64,000 nt of DNA. It comes from Podarcis bocagei (lineage: Eukaryota). Each line of letters starts with the position of its first letter. The stretch's first letter is position 1. A program made the position numbers and the translations under genes. Of this stretch, positions 1-36,566 are shown piece after piece. The DNA lies in assembly GCA_964188305.1 (NCBI GenBank), contig OZ076888.1; one strand, written 5' to 3'. The notes under the pieces were generated by a model, which searched no databases, was not told the origin of the DNA, and saw only the letters and a list, made by a program, of their open reading frames with translations.

Positions 1-577
1 TTCCATAGGTTCTTTTTTCTCTACTCATTGTGGCAGACTTGGGAAGGGAATATTTGCATGTTGGTAACATGAATGAGAGAGTATTCTAAAGATACAATAA
101 CTAAATAACAGCTTGGGAAATTAAATTCTTCTCTGGGACAAGGGTCTTTTAATCTGTTTTCTTGCCTGACTCATCACATAGCCCTGTAAATGTAATACCA
201 GATCAAGAGACAATAACTGACCTGCTGAATCTTGCAGATTCGTGGTAGAGATGAGCTATGAGCCAGGGACCCTTTACTTTTCATATCCTAAGTTATGATG
301 ACTATGTACCCAAAATGAGGCTTCTGAGACACATGAAGGGAATATCATCACCAGAAATAAGAAGGGGATAAAAGAAACTTCAGGAAGGAGAACCTTAACA
401 GGGATGAGGACCCAAAACAGCTAAGTCTGAACTGAGAATGCTCAGTGGTCACAGAATGTCATGGGAGAGGGAGAGAGGAAAAGAGGGAGAAATGGAATGA
501 AATCTCCTGAAAAGCATATGCTAGGCTGGCTGGGACCCTGAACTGGTGTGCCTGCGCATGCAACATTTTGTTACAGG

Positions 578-713
578 CAGGAATGGGGAGTCTGTGGTCC
601 TCCAGTTGTTGTTGGAGAACAACCCCCATCATTGACCTATTGACCATGCTGAATAGGGCTGATGGGAGTTGGATTTCAATAGCATCTTGAAGGCCACAAG
701 GTTCCCATCCCAC
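578..713. mobile_element. Degenerate short palindromic MITE (hAT-like)
   Basis: Imperfect fold-back with a gatgggagttg core; similar copy at 19497-19634. Confidence 0.55.
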
Positions 714-726
714 TTGTTAGCGAGTA

Positions 727-968
727 CAGTGGTACCTCGGGTTAAGTACTTAATTCGTTCCGGAGGTCTGTTCTTAACCTGAAACTGTTCTTAACCTGAA
801 GCACCACTTTAGCTAATCGGGCCTCCTGCTGCCGTCGCACTGCCGGAGCACGATTTCTGTTCTTATCCTGAAGCAAAGTTCTTAACCTGAAGCACTATTT
901 CTGGGTTAGCGGAGTCTGTAACCTGAAGTGTCTGTAACCTGAAGCGCATGTAAACTGAGGTACCACTG
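727..968. mobile_element. Tc1/mariner (Tigger-like) MITE
   Basis: TIRs CAGTGGTACCTC...GAGGTACCACTG flanked by TA target duplications. Confidence 0.88.
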
Positions 969-1082
969 TATATCAGAAGAAAATGATGTGATTCTAATCC
1001 GGAAGCACACTGTCCCACTGCCCTCTTCCCAAAGCCCATTAGTTCGCCTGCCCTTAACATGTAATTTCTTTCTTGATTGCAG

Positions 1083-1503
1083 GTTGCCAGTCAACGATGA
1101 CTATCATGTGACGGGCAAGTCAGCCACCTGAGGCAACTTTTCAGTTTGTGGAATGCTTTCCCTACCCCTGATGCCTGACATTTGCATCTGAAGCCAAGGA
1201 ATTCAGAACTGCACATGACCCACCTCCTTCCTAGGACTCTTCTGAGCAAGTGGAGAAGTGAAGGAGGAGGGCAGCAGCAGCACTCAGAGGAGCAATGGGA
1301 CTTGAAGGCCATGGTCACTTGAGATAAATGGCAGATCACTGGGCATCTAGTCTTGTAGCTGCTTGCTTAAGCTTTATCCCTCTCTGCAGCCCACATTTCT
1401 TCTCTGTGAGCTGCCACTGGCTCTTCTGGTGGTGGCGTTGGAGACACCGAAGGCAGCTTGGTTGGTGCCAAGCTTGAGGAAGGGATAAGCCACGCACCTC
1501 ACC
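1083..1503 (+). promoter_or_regulatory. NDST2: Probable 5' UTR part of the first NDST2 coding exon, with 5 uORFs
   Basis: Pyrimidine-rich acceptor tttctttcttgattgcag ends at 1082; 8 upstream ATGs. Confidence 0.65.
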
Positions 1504-25276
<23,773 letters not shown>

Positions 25277-26613
25277 AGTCCAGGGTGCTGGCGTCAGTGC
25301 TGCCCAACATCTGGATGTGGGAGCCACTGGGGGGAAACACACACTGCTGCCATCTCTTCTCTATGAAAGGAAACTGGAGGCAGGAGCAGGAAGTGTGCTA
25401 GCCTGATTATAGACCATGCACTTTCACCTATTGATGGTTTGTTACATTGGAGAGATACCCAGAGAACAAAATGGCACAAGCCACACTGTGCGGTCATGGC
25501 CCTCTATCTAAAAAATTTAGGGTGGCTGACACAGGAATGCTTCTGTGCTATAATTCCCCTGTGCCAGAAAGCCCAGAGTAGACTCCACAGAAAAACAAAA
25601 GCATGCAAACTGTGTAGGCTACTGGGACATTCCCTATTTATGTCCAAAACACTCAGGATGCTAGCAAGTGAATGTCTTAATATTGTACCTTATGTGGTTG
25701 TTAGGGTGATGTTGCTAATAATGGACAGCAAGTTTCATTTATCTGACTGCAGCCTTAGTTATTTCATTAACCCTATTCTAGTGGAAAGGGAAGGAGGGCA
25801 GGGAAATGGTCAACAAGGCAGCAGAAACTTGCATTAAGTTCTCATGGGAGAGAGATTACTATTTCCCCCCTCGTGTCAGGTAAAAAGGGGGGGGGAATAC
25901 GATGGTGCCACATTCATTCATAAACTATAAAGAAACAGTGTTCACTTGTAACTAATCAGAACAGTCTTAACTTTCAGCTGGGGTGGAAAGGGGATTCAGC
26001 AATCTCAAATAGGCTATCCGTTTTCATCTTAACAAGGCTGAATGAGATGGAATACAAATCTGTGTTGTCAGTTCAAATCACTCATTTTGCCTCAAATTCT
26101 GCAGGTCGTGGGTCTCCAGCCAACTCTTTAATCTCAGCATTTCCTCATTACAACCACTATGTGAGTGGAGAGCTACAGCAGTCCTGCCCATCCCTCCTAA
26201 CATGCCTTATGTAGAGCGGTCCAGCAGCTGCTCGCAACAAGTGCCAGGTTCACTGAGGGATATATATAGCAGCTGATTGGGGCAGGAAGAGCCCTCGGGT
26301 AACTCAGCGTGCCCACTCCAAGAGGGGGAACGTGATTTCAGCCAAGCTTATACATGGAGCCTTAGTTATTGTGTATTTTTACTTGTCAGTTTACCATTGT
26401 TTGTAAATATATAATATGGATTATATAATATTTCATCCAATGTGTCACCATGCAGAGGGAAATGTTGTGCTATCAAAAATGGAACCAACAAACCTAAACC
26501 CTGTGGCTGAAGAGAGAAGCAAGTGCTGTGCTTCCTGCACTGGATTCATGTATGTCATTCACATTGAATGATAAGGATAAATTCTTGGCTCTTGCAGCTG
26601 AGCACAATGTCTA

Positions 26614-26648
26614 AATAAAGGTTAGACGTAGCATTTGGAGTCAATAAA
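26614..26648 (+). terminator. NDST2 polyadenylation signals (AATAAA at 26614 and 26643)
   Basis: Two AATAAA after an AU-rich 3' UTR segment, followed by U/GU-rich sequence. Confidence 0.7.
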
Positions 26649-26657
26649 TGTACTTAC

Positions 26658-26663
26658 TTTATT
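26658..26663 (-). terminator. Candidate ZSWIM8 distal poly(A) signal
   Basis: First minus-strand AATAAA found by eye downstream of the ZSWIM8 stop; an ATTAAA variant lies at 28973-28978. Confidence 0.45.
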
Positions 26664-29600
26664 TCTCTGTGACTAGTGTCCGGTTGTACCACACACCTCC
26701 CCAACAGCCAGCTATGAACGTACAAGGAAACAAAGCAGCTGCTTCAACACTGCATGGCAGCGATCGCCCTGGACCCCCACAATGGCTAAAAGGGGCCCAT
26801 GGCTATTTCACCTCTACTGTGCATGTGCTAAAAAAACATACTAGGCTTTTCACACAAAAGGTGGCCACATAACCTGCTCTGCACCCCCTGCTACTTCAAC
26901 TAGCTCAATTTTCTCTCTCCCTAAATGGAAGGGGCTATTCTGACACTTCAAACTGAGCTTCGGCAAATGAATAAAAGCGGAACTCACCAACAACATTTCC
27001 CTCCTCCTCTTAGAATGGCAATGGCGCCCATGTGAGAGGTTCTGGCTGAAAAAAAGCCTTGATTAAAGCCACCTTCTGTGGCGGTTAGATATCACTTCTC
27101 TCAAGACAGCTAATTAGGATTGTGAGGATTTGAACACACCAAGTTCAGATAACGAGTTTCCTCAGGAAACAGTCGTTACAATGGCAAGATGTTGATACCG
27201 ACATCAAGTTATATCTCCAAAGTTTATATCTATTAATTGAGAGCATATGCTAGCCGCCGATAACACACACATATGCTCATTTGTAACTGGAAAAAAGTTA
27301 AACTGCACAAACCGAGAAGTGTCGCTGCACTTGTACTTAGAGCAATACTACTGAGAAAGGCTGCACAATTCCAAAAAGGGTCCAGTCTATAATCACAAAG
27401 AAACAGGGCATTTCATAGAAGGAAGCAAAATAAGGGACTTAATCTAATAGACAGTAGGGGCCACCAAAAAACAGTTGAGACTATGACATATTAATAACCC
27501 ATTATGAATAATGTGCTCAAACAAAAGAGGAAAAGCTGAAATCTTTTATGCATGCCCTTGCCTTACCTGCCCCATATTTAGCTTTTATAATAATCACAGG
27601 CACAAAAACACTTAAGACAGGTGGGTGCATATTAAAACCGGGCTGGGCACTTGCTATGGAAAGTGATAGATGCAACTACTGTCAAACCACTCACAGTAAC
27701 CAACTTAAATTGAAACATGCCAAGAAAGTCTGACATTTCATTTCGAGAGAGAAAACTTTGAAAAATTAAGAGGATTAATGGAAAAGGCTGAAAGGGAGAC
27801 AAAAGAGCCACACTGGCAGGAATCTGCCTAAAACCACATAACAGGACTGCAAACAGAATGCATAGCACAGATGTCGAAAAATACAAACCCATTCAATGGG
27901 CCGGTTAACAAACAAAGGCCAAGGAAACTATAAAAAGGCAAGGCAGCTTTCAAGGGTAGACGTCTTGCTTATTGGAAGCACCAACTCTGCCAAAACAAAT
28001 ATTTGAAAAAATCTTTAGCAGATACCAACACCAGGACCTTAGAGGGCAGAAACCCAGAGCAGAACCACCATTTTGGGGGTGGGGGGTGGAAAGCGCCATG
28101 TCAAACACAAGTGACAAAAACCTAGGGCTTCTGGATAAACCATAAGTCAGTGGATCCAGCTAGCATACACAGTATCTCCTAGAAGTGTTGCTGTTACAAA
28201 AATACAACTATTTCTCATAACCTATCAGTAAAAACAGCCTCCTTTATAGTGTAAGACTAGGAAGTATGCAACGCCACACCAGGGGGGTTTTTTGGGCAGG
28301 TGATAATACTTACTATCTTCTCCTTGCCTTACACGGCCAGTAGCCGAACTTCTTTACTTGACAAATTAGTAGATGACAGTATCAAAGCTACTAATAGTGA
28401 AAGGAAGAATCAGAACTACCAGAGAGGGAAGCTGTCAGTAAACCACCTAGAATTTTGTGAGCACGCCTGTGTTAGAAATAGGATGCTTAAGGGAGAGAAT
28501 CCTTGGTCTGATCCAATAGGGCTCTCTTGGGATTTTGATTTTACTATTTTTGTTAGTAATATTATTTACTGTATTCATCACTTTATACAAAAAATGCCCC
28601 CAAACAACTTAACAAGGTAAATTGCAAAAAGGTAAAGAACAATCAAAACAGGAAAGGAAAGGACAATGTCAGGAATAATCCATCTGTGTTAGGAGCAAGA
28701 AAGCCGAAGCTCCTTTCTTCACATTCCAACCTGCCTCGGATGACCTGCCTTTCTCTAACCAGGTTAGCTCATTGCCTTATGTCTTACAGTCTTAAGTACT
28801 GTGTGTTAGCATGGTAAGCAGAATCGCAATGAAACTGGTGTATGTCAAAGACCATTCGTGTTACAAGGTAACAACCTCCTGTTGCAGGCAGTCTTAAGTT
28901 CCGTGTTTTATCGCATCCTCAGCATGATTAACAGAAGGATGGAGAAGAGAATCAGTCTAAGAAAATGAGTGTTTTAATCAGGAAACTGAAACAAGGAATA
29001 AGAAATTGATTACAGGAGAGCTAACATCCCAGCCAAAGTAACATGACTGTACAACTCAGAACCACCATGGTTGGAACACCCTACAAAGCTTGATGACAGA
29101 AACTCTTTGGGGCCACAGTCTAAGCAGCAAAGAAACTGCAGTAGCCAGCTCAATACTGTTCTGGGGCCTTTTGCCCATCCAAACATGTAGGCAGTGCTGG
29201 CTGACGGAGCTCTTTCCGCTTCAGCCTGAGCTCCTCTGGGTAGTTGCTGCAGGCGGAATGGTGACGGAGGAGCCCAGGATGCGCAAAAAGAAAACTCTTG
29301 CCTCTCCTGGCCCTATGATGAATGAAATTTTTAGAACCTTATAGAAAGTAGTATACATATTTATAAATGCTAAAATAAATATTATAAAGGACAGGCTCCA
29401 CCCTACGCCCTTAACATGCAAGCACGCAGGCGCACGCACGCACACACACACACAAACCCTCATTTAGAAAACTGCACAGGAAGGGGGCTGAAAGCATTGG
29501 CCAAGTATCAGCCAGCCAGACAACTCTCCTTCTTCCCCCCCCCCAACCCCCGCAACTCTCACACAGAAAACACTCTCATACACACCCACGTACTTCCTTG

Positions 29601-29805
29601 CCCTTGCAAAACTACTTTCTCGACTCCACCTGCTGGGGAGAAGAAAACAAGGGAAGTGGAGCACAGTCACAGTTGCACGAAGAGGAATGCCTTGGTATAA
29701 ATACATCAAATCAGTGGTTTCCAACAGCTAAAAAAAAAAAAAAAAGATCCGGTATGGAAGGGTGCCATGAACAGAACTCTAGCTAAAAGAAGCCACCCCA
29801 AGCCG

Positions 29806-30009
29806 TCATGGTGAAAAGGTGGTCATTTCCAAAGAGACCCTTTGCCACAAATCCTTAGTCTGCTTGCTGCGCTTCAGGTTCTGAAGGATGTCATTGAATT
29901 GCATCATGCCCATAGGGGTCAGGCAGAAGGCGCTTCTGGCGCTGCGAATGGCATTCACAAAGTCATCGTAGTCTGCCGGAGTGAGGTGGATCAGCCGGTG
30001 GTGGATGTA
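29806..30009 (-). CDS. ZSWIM8: ZSWIM8 terminal coding exon
   Basis: taaag|YIHHRL...MTTFSP-TGA, 204 nt. Confidence 0.95.
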   Translation of the reverse strand, partial: YIHHRLIHLTPADYDDFVNAIRSARSAFCLTPMGMMQFNDILQNLKRSKQTKDLWQRVSLEMTTFSP

Positions 30010-33000
30010 CTTTAGGGGACACAAGGGGGAAATAATGTTCAGATACAGCCTCCAAGGTAATAATGCATTTTCCATGTTCTACCTGATCACACTCGTCCCC
30101 TTTTGCTGCTGTGGTGGCAGAAACGCCTTACATAATAGGTAGGTTGTGGAGGAAGGGAGAGGCTGGCCCAAGATCCCTCAACAACGCTGACTCAAGAGTC
30201 AAGGTTCAGCTTTTAAGCTCTGCCCTACACTGGCTCTTATTTATTCTCCCAAAGGAGGGATGACAAGCAGACTTTGAGGCCCAGGATCAACACAACAAAA
30301 CAAAAGGCCGTCTAGGCAGTCAAGCAATACTGTAATGAAGACTTAATTCTCAGTTTTCTCAACACATACACTAAATGAGAAATGAACAATCTCATCCTGC
30401 CAGCCTTTAAGGGGCATCGGGAGGTTCTTCACCTGCAAGTGCTTTGACTTAACAGCCTTCACGTTATCCAGGCAGGTATTTAGATGATGGTGTGGCTATG
30501 CTTTCTGGAGCAGCAAGGAGCACCTAGGTGAAGCAAGCTTGACCCAATGGAAAGGAAGGGGCATATGTACCTGTATGTATGCCTGCTGGCACCTCTGTAC
30601 CAACTGGTGGAAGGCTGGTGTGCGCAGGTGATTGTGGACATGGGCAGGATTGAGCCTCTGCAGGGATTCCATGATGATCTCTTGCAACACAAAAGGGCTC
30701 AGGACGCCCTTGGCTGCACCAAGACAGAACTGATGCACATAGTTGACACCTGCAGAGAAATAAAGGTGGATGCAGTGGAGTAGGAAGAACAGGCAAAGCA
30801 TACTGAAAACCCAAGAGGACAACTACTTCTCCTTAGCAAGGGGCAGAGCACAGCATCTACAAATTAGCTGCAATGAGCCAGAGCACACACCAGACAAGGG
30901 AGAATCTGCCAGCCTTACTTTTCACTTACCAGCAATTAAAACAAAGTATTGAGGAATCTAGCTAATATAAGAGTAATCCACAAACACTGCTTTTCTTTTT
31001 ATAGAACTTAGCAAATTTCTTAATTACACTTAATTACACATGGGCCTTATCCACACCCCCAAAGGTGTTTTTTTGCTTCCCCACCCCTATGTATTTTTAT
31101 GTTCTACTGCTCCTCCACGTCTCTCACTCTGATATCATGATGCCAAGAGTTGTTTTGTTTTCTTAAAAAAACACCCCAGTCTGGCAATTTTTCTATTTTT
31201 AAAATAGAATTATTCATAGTTCCTGAAGTTGCCAGCTGTGATGCCATAATGTTTTTATTGCCCATCTAAAATCCCCCCCATTTTTTTTAAAAAAGGGGGG
31301 TAACTTGTAGCCACTTTTATGGGGGTCCCATACCACAGGCCACACCTACTATGGTATGGGACCCCCATACAGCTGACCATGGGTCAATGCAGTCCTTGGC
31401 CCAAAAAAGGTTAGCCATCCCTGCAGTGCCTAAAAACACCCTTTAAGCTGTTCAGTTTTGGTGTCTTTTACATCTCCATGCGAAAGTCTTCTGTTATGGA
31501 TCAGAAGCTACAATATTTACTGTGGTCTCTCTTTGCGAATTAATTTTATTTTCCACATTTTATTCAGTTCTAGAATCAATGCCACTGCTACAGTATGGGC
31601 AATCAGATGAAGATACACGAAAAGCAGAAGAGCTTGGCGGAAAATGTTGCCTTGGGACTAAGTGAACCTTTACTCACAGAAAAACAAGTGTTTTTCTGCC
31701 TTGGGCCTTACCTAATTTGGCAGCTAATCCCAGGAGCCATTTCACATCTTCTGTGTAGGGTGGGCTGCGTGAGAAGTTGTTGGGGTGGTCATTGTGAGCT
31801 CTGCGGCCAAGCATCTCCAGTGCTAACATTCCTGCAGGGAAGCGCAAATTCAAAATTTCAGACAACCAAGTTAAGCCCCACAAGACTTAAGAGGGGCGGT
31901 GCCCACCCATTCGCAACCATTTCATAGAAATGAGCTAGGAGATGGCAATTATGCCAAATGGTGTCTCTGCTTATCTTTGCAAGGTGGTAAAAAGGTTGAC
32001 AACATTTGTAATCCCTGTGGATTTGGGAGAAGACGAAGCGACAGCTTGCAGCTGAGAAGCAGCGGGTGGGAAGCACAAATGTACATCTTCCTCTGCTCTT
32101 TCAAAAGCAGCTTAAAAAAAAACCAAATAGAAAGCCAGCAGGACTTTTTATTTTCATTTTTCATTTTGTTTAAACACAGACATCAACATTCACCATTCAG
32201 TTATGCCCTCAGTTCCTATGCAAAACAACACTCTCTGAACAGGTCTGTGTTAGGCTTCCCCCTCTGCTCCTGTACTCTTTCATATCTGTGACAACAGCCA
32301 AAACAGGGAGACAATATTTCCAAGGGGACTCCAGTGACACAAACCCCTCCTCTACATCATTCTGTCATAGAATGGATAAGGACACCAACCACAATATGGA
32401 GAGCAACTCAGGACAGTCTGGATTCTCCTTATATAAGTTTTGAAAATGCCCAGGTTTCCACTGGCAATCGGGAATCCAACTGCAAGTAAATACAAACCTA
32501 GGCCAGAGTAATATAGGGATACACTGTGACCAGGGCAAGCCAGACCATTTCAGGCCGACCCCAAATTCTGGACATCTTACAAGCCCACCTCCCTGGGGGA
32601 TACTTCCTAGACTAGTACATTTTATCACAGTGTTAAATGGTAAAGGATAACAACTTGCTCCATCCCAGATATATCTTATGCCCCAAGGATTTGGATGTCA
32701 GCCCAAAGCCAGGACTGGAAGACATGCCTTCACCTTCCCTTCAAAGCAAAAGGCAGAGAGCAACACGCTCTACCCCAGCTGGACTCCCTTTCAAATTCCC
32801 AATTTAGGAGATTATGTGCTAGAGATAGAAAGCAAACTGTGCACTGCTTGTGAGCCTTGACAAGCGGAGGCTTTGAATGGCATTGAGGGAACACATGATG
32901 GATCTTCACCCCTGCTCCCTTTCCATTTCATTGTGTGTCTCCTCCTTCACACCCCAAGAACCCTACAGGTGTCTGTATAGTCTACTTAGGAGGGAAACTT

Positions 33001-33099
33001 GGTTAAGGTTGAAGAATAATCAAGATAGCCCAGAAGGCTGTGTTAACATAGTAAAATTAAGAAATAAGTGACCGAGTCCCCCAATTAACATTCTTTGTT

Positions 33100-33150
<51 letters not shown>

Positions 33151-36100
33151 TATATACACACATATATATATATATATGCAGTGATCAATTCCTTTTCCGG
33201 TAATTACTATGATTTTATTAGACTGCAGTAGGCGGAGATGAAAAAGGAAGTATCGCTGGTTGGTTCATTTGTGTTTAAACTTTTATTTTTGCAAAAAGAG
33301 ACAGCTTTACAAAAATCACTGAAACATGCAAACTCTTCGCATGCATTCACCTTCTAGTAGCCACTAGGAACTTTATTCCTCCTCCAATCCCCATTTTATA
33401 TGACAGTGTACATTTTATTTTGTTCAGTGTCCCAAAATAACACCACATAGGCTGTTTTGGATCTCCACCCTCAGAACACAGTTGGAATTATGTTACATCC
33501 ATTCTACAGGCATTCCAAAAGGGGCTAACTTTGATTTCTAGGAATCTGCAAGATAATCCATTTTGTAATTAATCCAGGACATTACAGTTAAACACCACTA
33601 TCAGCCCTGAAAACCAAAGTTCTCAATAGCCCTGCAACACCAGCAGGGTGTGAACCATTCAATATGACCAAGTCACTCATAACCAATGCAGCCAAGGAGG
33701 GGCATCTGGTATCAAGACCTTAGAGATTGGAGGGCTCACCACAAAGCAGAGGTTAAGGGGAGTTCCATCTCCCTCCTTAGAACAGTAATCAAGGCTTATC
33801 TTACACATGTCTTCTGCTCAAAACAGGTCATATTGAACAAGGTGGCTCACATGGTTGAGTCTTACAAGCCTGTCATTTCTAGCCCAGTTACCTCACACCA
33901 TGACCATGGGCTTTGCTCCATTGACATCTGCAATAGTTTCTCCTCCCATTTCATGGGAGACCCAGTGCCAGTCCTGCTATGCAGCAGAGTGGGGCATTTG
34001 GTCTCCACTTCGGGCAGCAAAGTATCTTCAGCCAACAGTGGTGAGTCAGCCTGATCAAAGTTTGGTTTCTCGAGAATCAAGAACCTCTTCAAGACAGTAG
34101 CTCAGCTGTGCTTGTCTGGCACAGCAAGGTACCAGAATGCTTATGAATGAGGTGCCGAAATTCAGATAAAGGCTGTACATGTGGTGCCCACAGAGCATAG
34201 GTCCATGAAAGACTCCCAACTGCACAAAACATGCCTGTTGAAAGCAGTCAGAAGGGCTTGTTCTGCTTTACCCCCAGAAACACTGGATAGCCCTTGGCTT
34301 TTTGTCACAGTCAGTGTCTCAGCATTGGCCATACTAATCATGAGGGACACAAAGGAGGCAGATAATTATCACTATAATGAAGCAGAGAAGCTGCTGGCAT
34401 CCTTGAGACCGATGTACCTGAGGAAGATCCTGAATGCACCCAACAGCTATACTTTGCTTGGGCCCATCAATACTTGAGACTCAGTTTTTTCTACCCAGGT
34501 GTAATGCCAAGCTGTCCAATTATATGACCAGATTCCTGAGCTTGATTGCCAAGAGCATGGGGTGGGGTTGCAGGGATCTTTAAGCCACTGGTTTCTACCA
34601 TCCTCTCCTTGGCTCCTGGTATTGAGGTAGCTTGATATTCCTAATGTGATCCTCAGAGGCCCTGGCACTTAGACCTGATGATGCTGAAGCTGGCTTCGTC
34701 CATGCCCAGTTTTCTACTGAACTCAAGCTCCCTGCCCTGCAATTATTTTACTTGGAAGGCAAGAGGAAGCAACTCGGGGCTCAAGTACTCTGAGCTCCAG
34801 AGGACACTAACCTCAAGGAGAACCTGAGTAGTTATAAAAGTGTGACATGTTTTCTACAACATGGACTAGTTGTGTATTACGTGCCAGAGACTCAACTATA
34901 CATAGGCAAAAGGGACTATCTCAGCTACCAAGCATCCATCCTCATACTCCATATCTCTCTGAATCAATTTGAAGTCTCACTCCACACTAGATTCATAACA
35001 TGCATCTTCCCCCGCCCCCGGCCTGGCAAAAAAAAACACCCCTCCTTATGTATGTATCTACTCACCAAGACCATTTTAACATTCACCCCAATCCTATGAA
35101 CCTCTCAGTATTGTAGAAGTCTTTCCTCAACAGACTATTTCTGCCTCAGGACTGCTGACAGCTGGTGCACTGATTGGCACACTTCTTCTCACTGTGATTC
35201 CATCCCCCAAACCCACTTACATTCGCCTCAAAAGATTCATGCACTGCAAGCTTCTGTGATCGGCTTGTAAGTCTTGTGGCTATGCATTCCAGCCTAAACC
35301 AAACAACAGTCTAAAACCACTTCATCACGTGAGAATTGGCACACCTTCCCAATTGACCTTGGTACAAGAGTCAATTTTCACATACAGTAGCCCTGTCCTG
35401 AATTGCAGGTGAGAGGGTTGCAAGAGCCACAATTAACTGTCCTTACCAACTCGGTAGGCAGAGTGGAGGTGATGCACGCCTTGATTGCCTGCAGGCTGGC
35501 TGTGTTGCTCATCCTCAGAAGGAAAGCCGCCTGTGACAAGGGAGCTGGGCTGAGAAGATAGACTCGTCAAGGAAGTCCCTTGAATCGCTGGGAATGTAGA
35601 CCCTGCATGAACACTTCCTACTGGAGAAAACAAACAACAGTATAAAGGGGAGGGGGGGAATATTGGCATCAAACAGCTATAGCACTTCAGCCAACTACGT
35701 CCTGCCCCAAACTGTATCATATACCTGTGGGGGTAATATTAACTCTGGTAGTAACACGGTAGACAGAGGAAACATAAGCAAGTAGACCCAGAAGTACATG
35801 TCCTAGAAAATCTAAAGAAGGCTCACTTGTTTGCCTTCTCTGTGAGCAGGCTTTATAATGTAGTTCCCAAGAGCCAAATCTTATTACAGCATCGTTTCCC
35901 TTTGCAGACAATGGGAAGCCAGCAAGTAATGTATCAGGACAGTCTTTACATCAACAGTAGAATAATTGGGGAAGATGAAATAAGCGACACCAACTGTTTG
36001 GGGCCCTGGGACACAATTAGATTTTTATGGGAGTACTCTGCAGGCACTGATCCCTCTATTTCTCCCCACCCCACCAGACAGAAAACATGTGCACACTTGG

Positions 36101-36521
36101 ACACACACGTAATGTCACTTTTCCAACGAGTCCTTCTAAGCAAAAGTTAGATCTGGCAGAACTGAAATAGATCGCCTTTAACTTGCATGATTTTACACAG
36201 GGCCCCTGAACAATCACTATCGAATTAAAGCTTATACTGGTAGACTACACAGTCAAAAATCTCAGAGCCAGTGCTTGCTAGTAACACAAAAACATTGATC
36301 CTCACGGATCTAGCATAGGTTAACGACAAATCACACAGGTGACCTATAATTTCAAGGTGGCTATGGAAAATTATGAGGGTCCATAAAGATCCATCCCTTA
36401 GATTCATATTTTTATGCCATGGCAGCTTTAGAAAGTACCACAAGTGATTTTTATAGTTCAGTCGAGGTGATTTGATGAAGGGAGGCCCCCCCCCCCTTAA
36501 AAAATTCTGTGATTTCAATAG

Positions 36522-36566
<45 letters not shown>

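Noticed and set aside
35725-35744. Possible ZSWIM8 microexon ending CAG|gtatat
   Set aside because: The good CAG acceptor gives 20 nt (frameshift) and the in-frame 18-nt version needs a poor GAG acceptor; too weak without reads.
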